DNA of 63,684 bases, the filler included, from Reclinomonas americana ATCC 50394 (lineage: Eukaryota), in assembly GCA_048213135.1 (NCBI GenBank). It is 5 parts of 5 records of this genome, joined end to end, with 100 filler letters (N's around TTAATTAATTAA, not from the genome) between each part and the next. Parts side by side here need not be neighbours in the genome. Positions count along the whole stretch, not along the records: positions 48,949 to 62,064 come from PS015260.1; positions 62,165 to 63,684 come from PS015262.1; 3 more parts are not named here. One strand, written 5' to 3'. This document shows positions 50,057 to 62,258 of the stretch, piece after piece. Position 1 is the stretch's first letter, and each line of letters starts with the position of its first letter. The position numbers and the translations under genes are program-made. Under the pieces are notes generated by a model. It was not told the origin of the DNA. It was given only the letters and a program-made list of their open reading frames with translations, and made no database searches.

Positions 50057-50432
50057 GACCCTGTTCCATCACTGTTATGCACTCGTCGTCCTCCCTCCAC
50101 CCTTTTACTTCTTTTCCCACTNNNNNNNNNNNNNNNNNNNNNNNNNNNNNNNNNNNNNNNNNNNNNNNNNNNNNNNNNNNNNNNNNNNNNNNNNNNNNNN
50201 NNNNNNNNNNNNNNNNNNNNNNNNNNNNNNNNNNNNNNNNNNNNNNNNNNNNNNNNNNNNNNNNNNNNNNNNNNNNNNNNNNNNNNNNNNNNNNNNNNNN
50301 NNNNNNNNNNNNNNNNNNNNNNNNNNNNNNNNNNNNNNNNNNNNNNNNNNNNNNNNNNNNNNNNNNNNNNNNNNNNNNNNNNNNNNNNNNNNNNNNNNNN
50401 NNNNNNNNNNNNNNNNNNNNNNNNNNNNNNNN

Positions 50433-50555
<123 letters not shown>

Positions 50556-50746
50556 TCTCATATCCAGAATGTGCACGATGGTTTCCTTTCTCAGTCTTGT
50601 CCCCCCATCATCCCGTTTGTCTCACTCGTCTCGTCCGCTCCTTCACTCCCTCCCTCACACACCTCGCTCTTCGTTGCGCGCACATGCATCTCACGCTGCA
50701 GCTGCGTCCGCCATTTTTCGTGTTTGCGTAGAGACTGGAAGGCACC

Positions 50747-53700
50747 ATGTCGCGTCCCACTCTCCTCCCCTCCACCGCAACGCGGCTGTGCCTCTTCGCA
50801 CTCTTGTCGCTGGCTGTGCTGTGCAACAGTGCAGCAGCCGCAGGTGAGTGTGTGTACTCGCGCACACGCTACGCACACTTCTGCACTCGAAAACTTTATG
50901 TTTTCTCGCGCGCACACTCTGATAGAGAGTCTTCAACGGTTCGCTCGCGCCGCAATCACATGCACATGCACACACACACATACGCGCGCGCGGCATGCTC
51001 GACCACTTGTGTGTTTGTGATTCTGTGTGGTCTCCTACATGCGTACATTCTCCAACGAACACATGTGATACCGCTGCACTGTGCGCTGCGCGCGCGCAGA
51101 AAACTTCAGTATGTCTGCCTCTTTGCGGCACTCTCCTCCTTCCCTTCTCTGTGTCTTTCCTTGCCACACTGTCTGCCTTGATTCTATTTCCGCGTTCGTT
51201 GCGCGCGAAAGTCAACCGTTGGCATGCATCTCTTTTCGCGCGCAAACTCCATTTGTTGTTCTCCCTCTCTCCTTCGTTGTTGCAGTCGTCATCTCCCCGA
51301 GCAACATCGCCATCAGAGCCGGCACCGCTGGCCAGATCGTTGACATCAGTGTCGCTGGCTCGGCCATTGCCTGGTCAACTGCCTCTACTGCCACTCTCTT
51401 CCTCGACCGCGCGTGCACTGGCGTGTCGCCCACCACTGTCGTTAACTCCAGCACCATCTCTGCTGCCTCGCTCACTTTTAATGCGTCGGGTGATGTCAAT
51501 GGTGGTGAGCGATACCTGTGCATCGACATGGACGGTGCGGGCGCGGCCGCGCGCAACGAGTTTGTCGCCACTGTGTTTGTTTGTTGCGTCTCCATCACTC
51601 TCCCTCGCCTGTGCCTCCTCCGACTGACTCCATCCTCTCCTTCCCTTCCCACCCACACGCAGACACCCTTGGTTCGCAAAACAAGTCGCCGCAGCTGGTC
51701 AATGGTCTCGCCGACTTTCGGCTGACGGTGACTGGCCAGCACTTTGCCAATCGTGAGCTGGGTGCCGGCGGGTCGTTCGGCCTGTACTCGGCCGCCGACT
51801 GCAGCGGGTCGACGGCACCAAACTCGAGCGTCACTCAGCAGTCCAGCGATCCGGCTGGTCTCTACACTGTGTTCTCGGTGGCCACTGGCGCATTGTTCGC
51901 GCAGGGTGCGCTGGGTGTGACGGCCGCCGGCTCGTGCTCGCTGGTGACACCGGGCGTGTACTATCTGTGTGGCAAGTTGCGCTGATGTGCGGGAGAGAAA
52001 GGGAAACACTCAGTAATTTGTAATCATGTGAGGTCCGCCGCCTCCAAGAGGTGTGAAGAGAGAGAAGATGAGAGAGGTTGAAAGGAAGAATATACAGGAG
52101 AAGTGAGAAGAGAAGAGAAGAGAAAAAACGGAAAGAAGAGAAGAGACGCTTGTGTGGTTCGAGTCTCGCTCCCCCCTCTGCATTCCTGATGTGCCTGCGT
52201 ACTGTTCTTCTTTCTCTTCGTGTCTCTAACGTAATCACACGGTCACTCCACTCTCCTTCTCCCTCTCGCCCCACTTCTTCCTGTCTTTTTCTTTATTCTG
52301 ATTCCTCCTCTCCTTCCTCTCCTCCTTTCCCTCTCTTTCCCTCTGCCTCTCTAACTCACTTTGCCCTTCCCCACCATCAGATTCCAGGCCGGTGGCACCA
52401 CCGTGTACCGCCTGCAACCCCTCCCGATTATTGTGACTGCCGCCTCGTCGACGCCGCTGATCTCCTTTGCCAATCCGCCCGTGCTCAAGTACGGCATTGC
52501 CAACTCGATTGTGATTGGTTCCACCACTGAGAACCTCACCGACTGCACGAGCTTCAAGCTGGTGCCGGTCGGCGTCGATTGCTCCACTCTGTCGGACTAC
52601 TCGACGCTGACGGGCAGCGTAGGCGCGTCGTTGGTGGGCGCCGGTGCCGACACGTGTGAGTTTGCGACTGGCTGCCGCGTGTTCCGCGCGACCATCACGC
52701 CAAATGGATCGAGTGGCGGCGGTGCCTACGAGTTGTGCGTGGCGGCCAACAACGGACCGTACGTGTCGTCGGGGGAGTCGTTCACTGCCGGATTCATGAC
52801 GGCCGGTGGTCTCAGTGCGAGCAGCAGCGCGGCGCCCACATCGAATCCGTTCGTCACCGACGACATGGACAGCAGCCCTGCCACCCCGACGCCGAGCATG
52901 TCAACACTGGCAGTGACGGCAACCACGATCCAGTTCACATTTGCTCGCGAGTTCTACCGCCGCCCGCGCGTGTTGCTCGGCTTTGCCAGTGTCAGTCGTC
53001 AGGGCGCCGCTGGCCCAATTTCCACTCTTGCCGACGATCCGACTGACGGCACGTTTGCATTCTGTGCGGAGCCGGTGGTGACTGTGGCGCAACTGTCGAC
53101 TCGATGCCATGGCGTGTCAAGTGACGGCCAGCTGGGACCCACCATCACGCTGAGTTGCGTTCACTACGATAATGGACAAGGCATTGATGTATGTGGCTCA
53201 TCATCTTCCCTCCGCTTTGCTGCATGTGCAGGCTACCTGGCGTACTATGTGCATCAGACGAATGCTCTGTCGATGGACGGTCAGCGCACGCTGGCAAGCG
53301 CAGCGTGGGCGTCGGATGCGGTAAACAAGAACAGCTCAACTGTTGCGTGATTTTTGTGAATCCTCGTCTCTCTCGCGACTGCTCATCCAGCTTACTCCGT
53401 ATCATGCACAGTTGGTGAGTGTGTCGTCCACGTACCAGTTTGCGTCGGTGCCAGCCGTTCCCGTGGCCGTGATCGGTGTAATGTCGATGCGGCAGTCGGC
53501 TGCCGGCAATGATGGACGCGTTCGCGGCGATAATTTTTCGGTGACAAGCAGCTCAGCCTCGCGCTCGAGTTTCGTCATCAAGGGCACGGTGAGCAGCGAC
53601 TCACGCATTGAAGCGATGTCGGCACGCTTTGCGGTGGCACCGACACGCGCCGACAGCACCAACAACAGCGGATTTGTCATGCTGTCGGGAGGTGCGTTCT

Positions 53701-56700
53701 CAACCTCCACTTTGGTTGGAGCGACATCAGGTTGTCTCTGTGTCTGACCCGTGCGTGTGGTGCAGAGACGACGCACACCGGCAGCACGACGATGCAGACC
53801 GCCAGTCTGGTGACGGCGTCGACACCGAATGGCCTGCTGCGCGCCACCATCAGTGTGCAGCTGTTCCTGCGTGGGTGGAAGTCGTCTGCAATCACAGTGC
53901 AGAACCGCATCGACAAGCAGTCGCTACAGTTCACCACGAAGCGCCTCGGCAACGAGTACTATGTGACGGCGATCTCGTACGGCGCCAGCGGGGCCGACGC
54001 GTCTGACATTGAGTTCGTGACGTGGGTGGCGATTGGTCGTGCGGCGCAAGGCGCGCCGATCTCGTGCCCTGTCGGCTACAGCGGCTCCAACTGCGGCGTG
54101 TGCACGCTGCCCGACGGTACCACGACGTGCTCACTGAACCGACGTGCGGTGCTGAGCTGTGCCTACGGCACCACTCAGATTGTTGCTGAGTGTGCCGAGG
54201 GTCGCGAGTGCTTTGAGGCTTACGGCTCGGCGCAATGTGGATGCTCGGCGAACGGTGCTGTGTGCTTGAATGGTGGCGACTGCTGCTCTGGTAGCTGTGA
54301 TTCTGGTCTGTGTGTGTCAGCGTGCAGTCCAACCACCACGTGCTCTGGTCATGGAACGTGCAAGAGCGACGGAACGTGCCAATGCGATACCGACTATTAT
54401 GGTGCATCGTGCAATGTGAACTGTGTGGCATCCTCGACGTGCTCCGGCAACGGAGCTTGTAAGAGTGACGGCACTTGCCAGTGCAACAACAACTATTACG
54501 GTGCCTCATGCAATGTGAACTGCGTGGCGGGCACGACGTGCTCGGGCCACGGAACGTGCAAGACAGACGGTACGTGTCTGTGCACGGGCGACTACACCAA
54601 TGCCAGCTGCAACTGCAGTCCCACTGCGACGTGCTCCGGCCACGGAACGTGCAAGACCGATGGAACATGCCAGTGCACGGGCGACTACACCAATGCCAGC
54701 TGCAACTGCAGTCCCACTGTGACGTGCTCTGGTCATGGAACTTGCAAGACTGACGGCACATGCCAGTGTGACATCGGGTATATCAGTGCATCGTGCAATG
54801 AGACCTGTGTGGCAGCAACGGCATGCTCTGGTCACGGATCGTGCAACGTCGATGGATCGTGCCAGTGCGATGCTGACTACTACGGTTCATCGTGCAACGT
54901 GAACTGTGTGGTGGCCACAACGTGCTCTGGTCACGGAACGTGCAAGACTGACGGCTCGTGTCAGTGCGACACTGACTATTACGGTGCATCGTGCAACGTG
55001 AACTGCGTGGCGGCGACCACGTGCTCTGGTCACGGAACGTGCAAGACTGACGGCTCGTGTCAGTGCGACACTGACTATTACGGTGCATCGTGCAACGTGA
55101 ACTGCGTGGCGGCCACCACGTGCTCCAGCAACGGAGCTTGTAAGAGTGACGGCACTTGCCTGTGCACGGGCGACTACACCAACNNNNNNNNNNNNNNNNN
55201 NNNNNNNNNNNNNNNNNNNNNNNNNNNNNNNNNNNNNNNNNNNNNNNNNNNNNNNNNNNNNNNNNNNNNNNNNNNNNNNNNNNNNNNNNNNNNNNNNNNN
55301 NNNNNNNNNNNNNNNNNNNNNNNNNNNNNNNNNNNNNNNNNNNNNNNNNNNNNNNNNNNNNNNNNNNNNNNNNNNNNNNNNNNNNNNNNNNNNNNNNNNN
55401 NNNNNNNNNNNNNNNNNNNNNNNNNNNNNNNNNNNNNNNNNNNNNNNNNNNNNNNNNNNNNNNNNNNNNNNNNNNNNNNNNNNNNNNNNNNNNNNNNNNN
55501 NNNNNNNNNNNNNNNNNNNNNNNNNNNNNNNNNNNNNNNNNNNNNNNNNNNNNNNNNNNNNNNNNNNNNNNNNNNNNNNNNNNNNNNNNNNNNNNNNNNN
55601 NNNNNNNNNNNNNNNNNNNNNNNNNNNNNNNNNNNNNNNNNNNNNNNNNNNNNNNNNNNNNNNNNNNNNNNNNNNNNNNNNNNNNNNNNNNNNNNNNNNN
55701 NNNNNNNNNNNNNNNNNNNNNNNNNNNNNNNNNNNNAAGACAAACGGCACGTGTCTCTGCACCGGCGACTACACCAACGCCAACTGCAACTGCAGTCCCA
55801 CTACAACATGCTCTGGTCACGGTACATGCAAGACAAACGGCACGTGTCTGTGCACGGGCGACTACACCAACGCCAGTTGCAACTGCAGTCCCACTGTGAC
55901 GTGCTCTGGTCACGGTACATGCAAGACAAACGGCACGTGTCTGTGCACGGGCGACTTCACCAATGCCAACTGCAACTGCAGTCCCACTGCGACGTGCTCT
56001 GGCCACGGAACGTGCAAGACAAACGGCACGTGTCTGTGCACCGGCGACTTCACCAATGCCAGCTGCAACTGCAGCCCGAGCGTCACGTGCTCTGGTCATG
56101 GAACGTGCAACACCGATGGAACGTGCGCTTGTACAATTGCATGGAATGGTGAGCAATGCTGCTTTTTCTTGACTGTCTGTGAATGCTCATATTCTTTGTT
56201 GTGCATAGGGCCCGCGTGCTCAACCTGCTCTGGCAATCCTGTTGTTTCGCTCGGATACATTGGCAACTGGGCAACCTTGGCCTCCAGCAGTGACGGCACC
56301 AAACTGGTGGCTAGAGGGAGTGGCAGTGGTCGGATCTTCACCTCCACTGATAGCGGTGCGACGTGGACAGCACGCGAGTCCAGTCGCAGTTGGAGTGGGG
56401 TGGCATCCAGCAGTAGCGGCACCAAATTGGTGGCTGTGGTTTTTAATGGTCAAATCTACACGTCTGTCGACTCTGGCGTGACGTGGACGGCTCGTGATTC
56501 CAACCGCGCATGGATCTCAGTAGCCTCCAGCAGTGACGGAACCAAGCTGGTGGCGGTGGTGGACGGTGGTCAGATTTACACTTCCACGGACTCCGGCGCA
56601 ACGTGGACGCCTCGTGAATCCAATCGCCAGTGGTGGTCAGTGGCCTCCAGCAGCGATGGCACCAAACTGGTGGCTGTGGTGAACATTGGTCCGATTTACA

Positions 56701-57923
56701 CCTCCACTGACTCTGGCGTAACATGGACAGCTCGAGAGACCAATCGCCCTTGGCAGTCAGTGGCCTCCAGCAGTGACGGCACCAAATTGGTGGCTGTTAC
56801 AGTTGGAGGTAAGATTTACACCTCAACCGACTCTGGTGCAAATTGGACAGCTCGTGACTCCAATCGCAGTTGGCAATCAGTGGCCTCCAGCAGTGACGGC
56901 AGCAAGCTCGTGGCTGTGGTGAATGGTGATCAGATTTACACTTCCACTGATTCTGGGGTGACATGGACGCCTCGTGATTCCACTCGTGCGTGGCTATCAG
57001 TAACCTCTAACAGTGACGGCACCAAGTTGGTGGCTGGGATTCGCAGCGGGCAGATGTATACCTCCACTGACTCTGGCGTGACGTGGACTGGGGTGACTTC
57101 CGAAGGGCTACATGGGTCGAGTACCTGGCGGGCAGTGGCCTCCAACAGTGACGGCACCAAGCTTGTTGCAGCTGTGCAAGGGGGTCAGTTGTATACCTCC
57201 GCTGACTCGGGCGTGACGTGGACGCCTCGTGAGTCCAGTCGCGGTTGGCAATCAGTGGCCTCTAGCAACGATGGCACCAAGCTGGTGGCTGTTGCACGCA
57301 ATAATCGGATCTACACCTCCACTGACTCTGGCGTGACGTGGACTGCTCGTGATTCCGCTCGCCTCTGGACTGCAGTGGCCTCCAGCAGTGACGGAACCAA
57401 GTTGGTGGCTGTGGTGAGCGGTGGTCAGATCTACACCTCCACTGACTCTGGTGTGACATGGACGGCTCGTGGATCCAGTCGTAACTGGACTGCAGTGGCC
57501 TCCAGCAGTGACGGAACCAAGTTGGTGGCTGTAGCAAGCTCTGATCAGATCTACACCTCCACTGACTCGGGCGTGACATGGACGGCTCGTGATAGCATTC
57601 GCAACTGGACTGGAGTGGCCTCCAGCAGCAATGGCACCAAGCTGGTGGCTGTTGAGCAGTTTGGCCAGATCTACACTTCCACTAACTCGGGTGTGACGTG
57701 GACGCCTCGTGATTCCAGTCGCGGCTGGACTGCAGTGGCCTCCAGCAGTGACGGCACCAGGCTTGCGGCTGTTGCAGGTAGCGATCAACTGTACATCTCC
57801 ACTGACTCTGGTGTGACGTGGACGCCTCGTGATACCAGTCGCGGCTGGCTGTCAGTGGCCTGCAGCAGTGCCGGCATCAAGCTCGTGGCCGGTGCGGATC
57901 AGGTGTACACTTTCCCGTGTTGA
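50747..57923 (+). CDS. Large secreted protein: signal peptide, beta-rich N-terminal domains, H-type-lectin-like domains, long EGF-like array, C-terminal 14-blade Asp-box (BNR) beta-propeller region
   Basis: MSRPTLL..LCLFALLSLAVLCNSAAA signal; EGF units CSGHGTCKTDGxCxC of 31 and 33 aa; 40-aa repeats WxSVASSSDGTKLVAVxxxGQIYTSTDSGVTWTxR; ends FPC*. One internal gap at 55184-55736. Confidence 0.85.
54320..56148 (+). repeat. Coding tandem array of 93-bp and 99-bp EGF-like units
   Basis: A 99-bp period is seen at 54923/55022 and a 93-bp period at 55748/55841. Confidence 0.9.
56265..57923 (+). repeat. Coding tandem array of 120-bp propeller-blade units (13 complete plus 1 truncated)
   Basis: gtggcctccagcagtgacggcaccaag..tacacctccactgactctggcgtgacgtggac recurs every 120 nt. 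Confidence 0.95.
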
Positions 57924-58620
57924 CCGTTTTTTGCTGCACGCTCATGTTGTTTCGAGCGATGTGGTCGCGGGAGAACGACTCCCCGCTCTTCGTTTGCTTC
58001 CACTCTCTTCCCATTTTTCTTGCCTTGTTGTTCGTGCCCTTGCGCCCTTCATCAGTTCCTTTCCCGGGGTTTTGTAGTGAGATAAATAGGGCTTGTCTGT
58101 TCTGGCCCACAATCAGCGATATGANNNNNNNNNNNNNNNNNNNNNNNNNNNNNNNNNNNNNNNNNNNNNNNNNNNNNNNNNNNNNNNNNNNNNNNNNNNN
58201 NNNNNNNNNNNNNNNNNNNNNNNNNNNNNNNNNNNNNNNNNNNNNNNNNNNNNNNNNNNNNNNNNNNNNNNNNNNNNNNNNNNNNNNNNNNNNNNNNNNN
58301 NNNNNNNNNNNNNNNNNNNNNNNNNNNNNNNNNNNNNNNNNNNNNNNNNNNNNNNNNNNNNNNNNNNNNNNNNNNNNNNNNNNNNNNNNNNNNNNNNNNN
58401 NNNNNNNNNNNNNNNNNNNNNNNNNNNNNNNNNNNNNNNNNNNNNNNNNNNNNNNNNNNNNNNNNNNNNNNNNNNNNNNNNNNNNNNNNNNNNNNNNNNN
58501 NNNNNNNNNNNNNNNNNNNNNNNNNNNNNNNNNNNNNNNNNNNNNNNNNNNNNNNNNNNNNNNNNNNNNNNNNNNNNNNNNNNNNNNNNNNNNNNNNNNN
58601 NNNNNNNNNNNNNNNNNNNN

Positions 58621-58809
<189 letters not shown>

Positions 58810-58835
58810 ATCAATGTCGCTCCCTTGCCTCACAG

Positions 58836-59003
58836 GCCAGACCGCAGACCGCTCTCTGGAGATTGCCACGGCCGTGCAGAACATGCTGGGCCTGGAGACA
58901 CAGATGCATTTGACCTGTGCCGCATACCCCGAGGAGCAAGTCAAATCGGCCCTGACACGCGCGTACGACGCTGGTGTGCGCAATATTTTTGCGCTGCGTG
59001 GTG
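58836..59003 (+). CDS. MTHFR: Single internal exon of methylenetetrahydrofolate reductase
   Basis: cacag|GQTADRSLEIATAVQNMLGLETQMHLTCAAYPEEQVKSALTRAYDAGVRNIFALRG|gt. The ETxMHLTC and GxxNIxALRG motifs are typical of eukaryotic MTHFR. Confidence 0.88.
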
Positions 59004-60127
59004 GTGTGTTGTTGTGGATGATGATGCTGGCAGCTGGATCCACATTCCTTTGCTCACCTCCCTTGATTCTTATTATTCGGCAGCGCCCCAGCCCGACACG
59101 ACTGCCACTTTTCGGTTCGCCATCATTCTCCTCTCACATTTTTTCATCCTTGTCTGCTTGCTTCTCCTGAATAAATTGTCTTTTATTTTTGTAGTCTTGT
59201 CCCCCTTCCCCGCTTCTCTCTCATCTCCCTTCATCATTCTTCTTCTCCCTCGTCGTGCTCCCGACCTCTGACTTCCCTCTCTCTATCTCTCAGTGCTCTG
59301 CTCCCGCTGATTCAAGCACATGGATGATCGGTACTGCTGTTCACTCGCTGGTGTGTTGGTCTCTTCTCGCCTTCCCCCCTCTTCTCATTGCCATTCACAG
59401 AACCTTGATAATTTGNNNNNNNNNNNNNNNNNNNNNNNNNNNNNNNNNNNNNNNNNNNNNNNNNNNNNNNNNNNNNNNNNNNNNNNNNNNNNNNNNNNNN
59501 NNNNNNNNNNNNNNNNNNNNNNNNNNNNNNNNNNNNNNNNNNNNNNNNNNNNNNNNNNNNNNNNNNNNNNNNNNNNNNNNNNNNNNNNNNNNNNNNNNNN
59601 NNNNNNNNNNNNNNNNNNNNNNNNNNNNNNNNNNNNNNNNNNNNNNNNNNNNNNNNNNNNNNNNNNNNNNNNNNNNNNNNNNNNNNNNNNNNNNNNNNNN
59701 NNNNNNNNNNNNNNNNNNNNNNNNNNNNNNNNNNNNNNNNNNNNNNNNNNNNNNNNNNNNNNNNNNNNNNNNNNNNNNNNNNNNNNNNNNNNNNNNNNNN
59801 NNNNNNNNNNNNNNNNNNNNNNNNNNNNNNNNNNNNNNNNNNNNNNNNNNNNNNNNNNNNNNNNNNNNNNNNNNNNNNNNNNNNNNNNNNNNNNNNNNNN
59901 NNNNNNNNNNNNNNNNNNNNNNNNNNNNNNNNNNNNNNNNNNNNNNNNNNNNNNNNNNNNNNNNNNNNNNNNNNNNNNNNNNNNNNNNNNNNNNNNNNNN
60001 NNNNNNNNNNNNNNNNNNNNNNNNNNNNNNNNNNNNNNNNNNNNNNNNNNNNNNNNNNNNNNNNNNNNNNNNNNNNNNNNNNNNNNNNNNNNNNNNNNNN
60101 NNNNNCGCGTAGAGACTGGAAGGCAAC

Positions 60128-62064
60128 ATGTCGCGTCCCACTCTCCTCCCCTCCACCGCAATGCGGCTGTGCCTCTTCGCGCTCTTGTCGCTGGCTGTGC
60201 TGTGCAACAGTGCAGCAGCCGCAGGTGAGTGTGTGTACTCGCGCACACGCTACACACACTTCTGCACTCGAAAACTTTATGTTTTCTCGCGCGCACTCTG
60301 ATAGAGAGTCTTCAACGGTTCGCTCGCGCCGCAATCACGTGCACATGCACACACACACACATACGCGCGCGCGGCATGCTCGACCACTTGTGTGTTTGTG
60401 ATTCTGTGTGGTCTCCTACATGCGTACATTCTCCAACGAACACATGTGATACCGCTGCACTGTGCGCGCGCGCAGAAAACTTCAGTATGTCTCTGCCTCT
60501 TTGCGGCACTCTCCTCCTACCCTTCTCTGTGTCATTCCTTGCCACACTGTCTGCCTTGATTTTATCTCCGTGTTCGTTGCGCGTGAAAGTCAACCGTTGG
60601 CATGCATCTCTTTTCGCGCGCAAACTGCATTTGTTGTTCTCCCTCTCTCCTTCGTTGTTGCAGTCGTCATCTCCCCGAGCAACATCGCCATCAGAACCGG
60701 CACCGCTGGCCAGATCGTTGACATCAGTGTCGCTGGCTCGGCCATTGCCTGGTCAACTGCCTCCACGGCCACTCTCTTCCTCGACCGCGCGTGCACTGGC
60801 GTGTCGCCCACCACTGTAGTTAACTCCAGCACCATCTCTGCTGCCTCGCTCACTTTTAATGCGTCGGGTGATGCCAATGGTGGTGAGCGGTACCTGTGCA
60901 TCGACGTGGACGGTGCGGGCGCGTTTGCGCGCAACGAGTTTGTGGCCACTGTGTTTGTCTGTTACGTCTCCATCACTCTCCCTCGCCTGTGCCTCCTCCG
61001 ACTGACTCCATCCTCCCATTCCCTTCCCGTCCACGCAGACACCCTTGGCTCACAGAGCAAGTCGCCGCAACTGGTCAATGGTCTCGCCGACTATCGCCTC
61101 ACGGTGACAGGTCAGCACTTTGCCAATCGTGAGCTGGGTACTGGCGGCTCGTTCGGCCTGTACTCGGCCGCCGACTGCAGCGGGTCGACGGCACCAAACT
61201 CGAGCATCACTCTGCAATCCAGCGATCCGGCTGGTCTCTACACTGTGTTCTCGGTGGCCACTGGCGCATCGTTCGCGCAGGGTGCGCTGGGTGTGACGGC
61301 CGCCGGCTCGTGCTCGCTGGTGACACCGGGCGTGTACTATCTTTGTGGCAAGTTGCGTTGATGTGCGGGAGAGAAAGGGAAACACTCAGTAATTTGTAAT
61401 CATGTGAGGTCCGCCGCCTCCAACAGATGTGAAGAGAGAGAGAGAGAGGAGAAGAGTTGAGACGAGAAGACAAGGTGAGAGAGGTTGAATGGAAGAGAAG
61501 AGAAGAGAAAGAACCGGAAAAAGAGAAGAGACGCTTGTGTGATTCGAGTCTCGCTATANNNNNNNNNNNNNNNNNNNNCCCTCTGCATTCCTGATTTGCC
61601 TGCTACCGTTCTTCTTTCTCTTCGTGTCTCTAACGTAATCACACGGTCACTCCACTCTCCTTCTCCTTCTCGCCCGACTTCTTCCTCCCTTTTTGCTTTA
61701 TTCCGATTCCTTCTCTCCTTCCTCTCCTCCTTTCCCTCTCCGTCCCTCTTTCCTCCATCCTCCGTCTCTCTAACTCACTTTTGCCCTCCTCTACCATCAG
61801 ATTCCAGGCCGGTGGCACCGCCGTGTACCGCCTGCAACCCCTCCCGCTCATTGTGACTGCCGCCTCATCGGCACCTGTGGTTTCCTTTGCCAATCCGCCC
61901 GTGCTCAAGTACGGCATTGCCAACTCGATTGTGATTGGTTCCTCCACTGAGAACCTGACCGACTGCACGAGCTTCAAGCTGGTGCCGGTCGGCGTCGATT
62001 GCTCCACTCTGTCGGACTACTCGACGCTGACGGGCAGCGTTGGCGCGTCGTTCGTGGGCGCCGG
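60128..62064 (+). CDS. Close paralog (5' part) of the 50747-57923 gene; truncated by the scaffold end
   Basis: The first four exons and their introns are near-identical to the upstream copy (e.g. VISPSNIAIRTGTAGQIVDISVAGS, FQAGGTAVYRLQPLPLIVTAASS). Confidence 0.88.
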
Positions 62065-62108
62065 NNNNNNNNNNNNNNNNNNNNNNNNNNNNNNNNNNNN
62101 NNNNNNNN

Positions 62109-62120
62109 TTAATTAATTAA
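62109..62120. other. Artificial scaffold linker TTAATTAATTAA
   Basis: Same 12-mer between N runs. Confidence 0.95.
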
Positions 62121-62181
62121 NNNNNNNNNNNNNNNNNNNNNNNNNNNNNNNNNNNNNNNNNNNNAGAAGGAGAGACAGAGA

Positions 62182-62213
<32 letters not shown>

Positions 62214-62258
62214 CAGAGGTAGACAGAGAGAGGGAGGGAGAGAGAAACCACAACGCAC

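Noticed and set aside
51575-51665. Apparent non-GT (TT) intron start
   Set aside because: A canonical GT donor at 51583 (GTTGCG) gives the in-frame VFVYTLG, and the paralog agrees.
56265-57923. CRISPR-like regular repeat/spacer appearance
   Set aside because: The period is an in-frame 120 nt within a single ORF, the 'spacers' are homologous to each other, and the context is eukaryotic with no cas genes.
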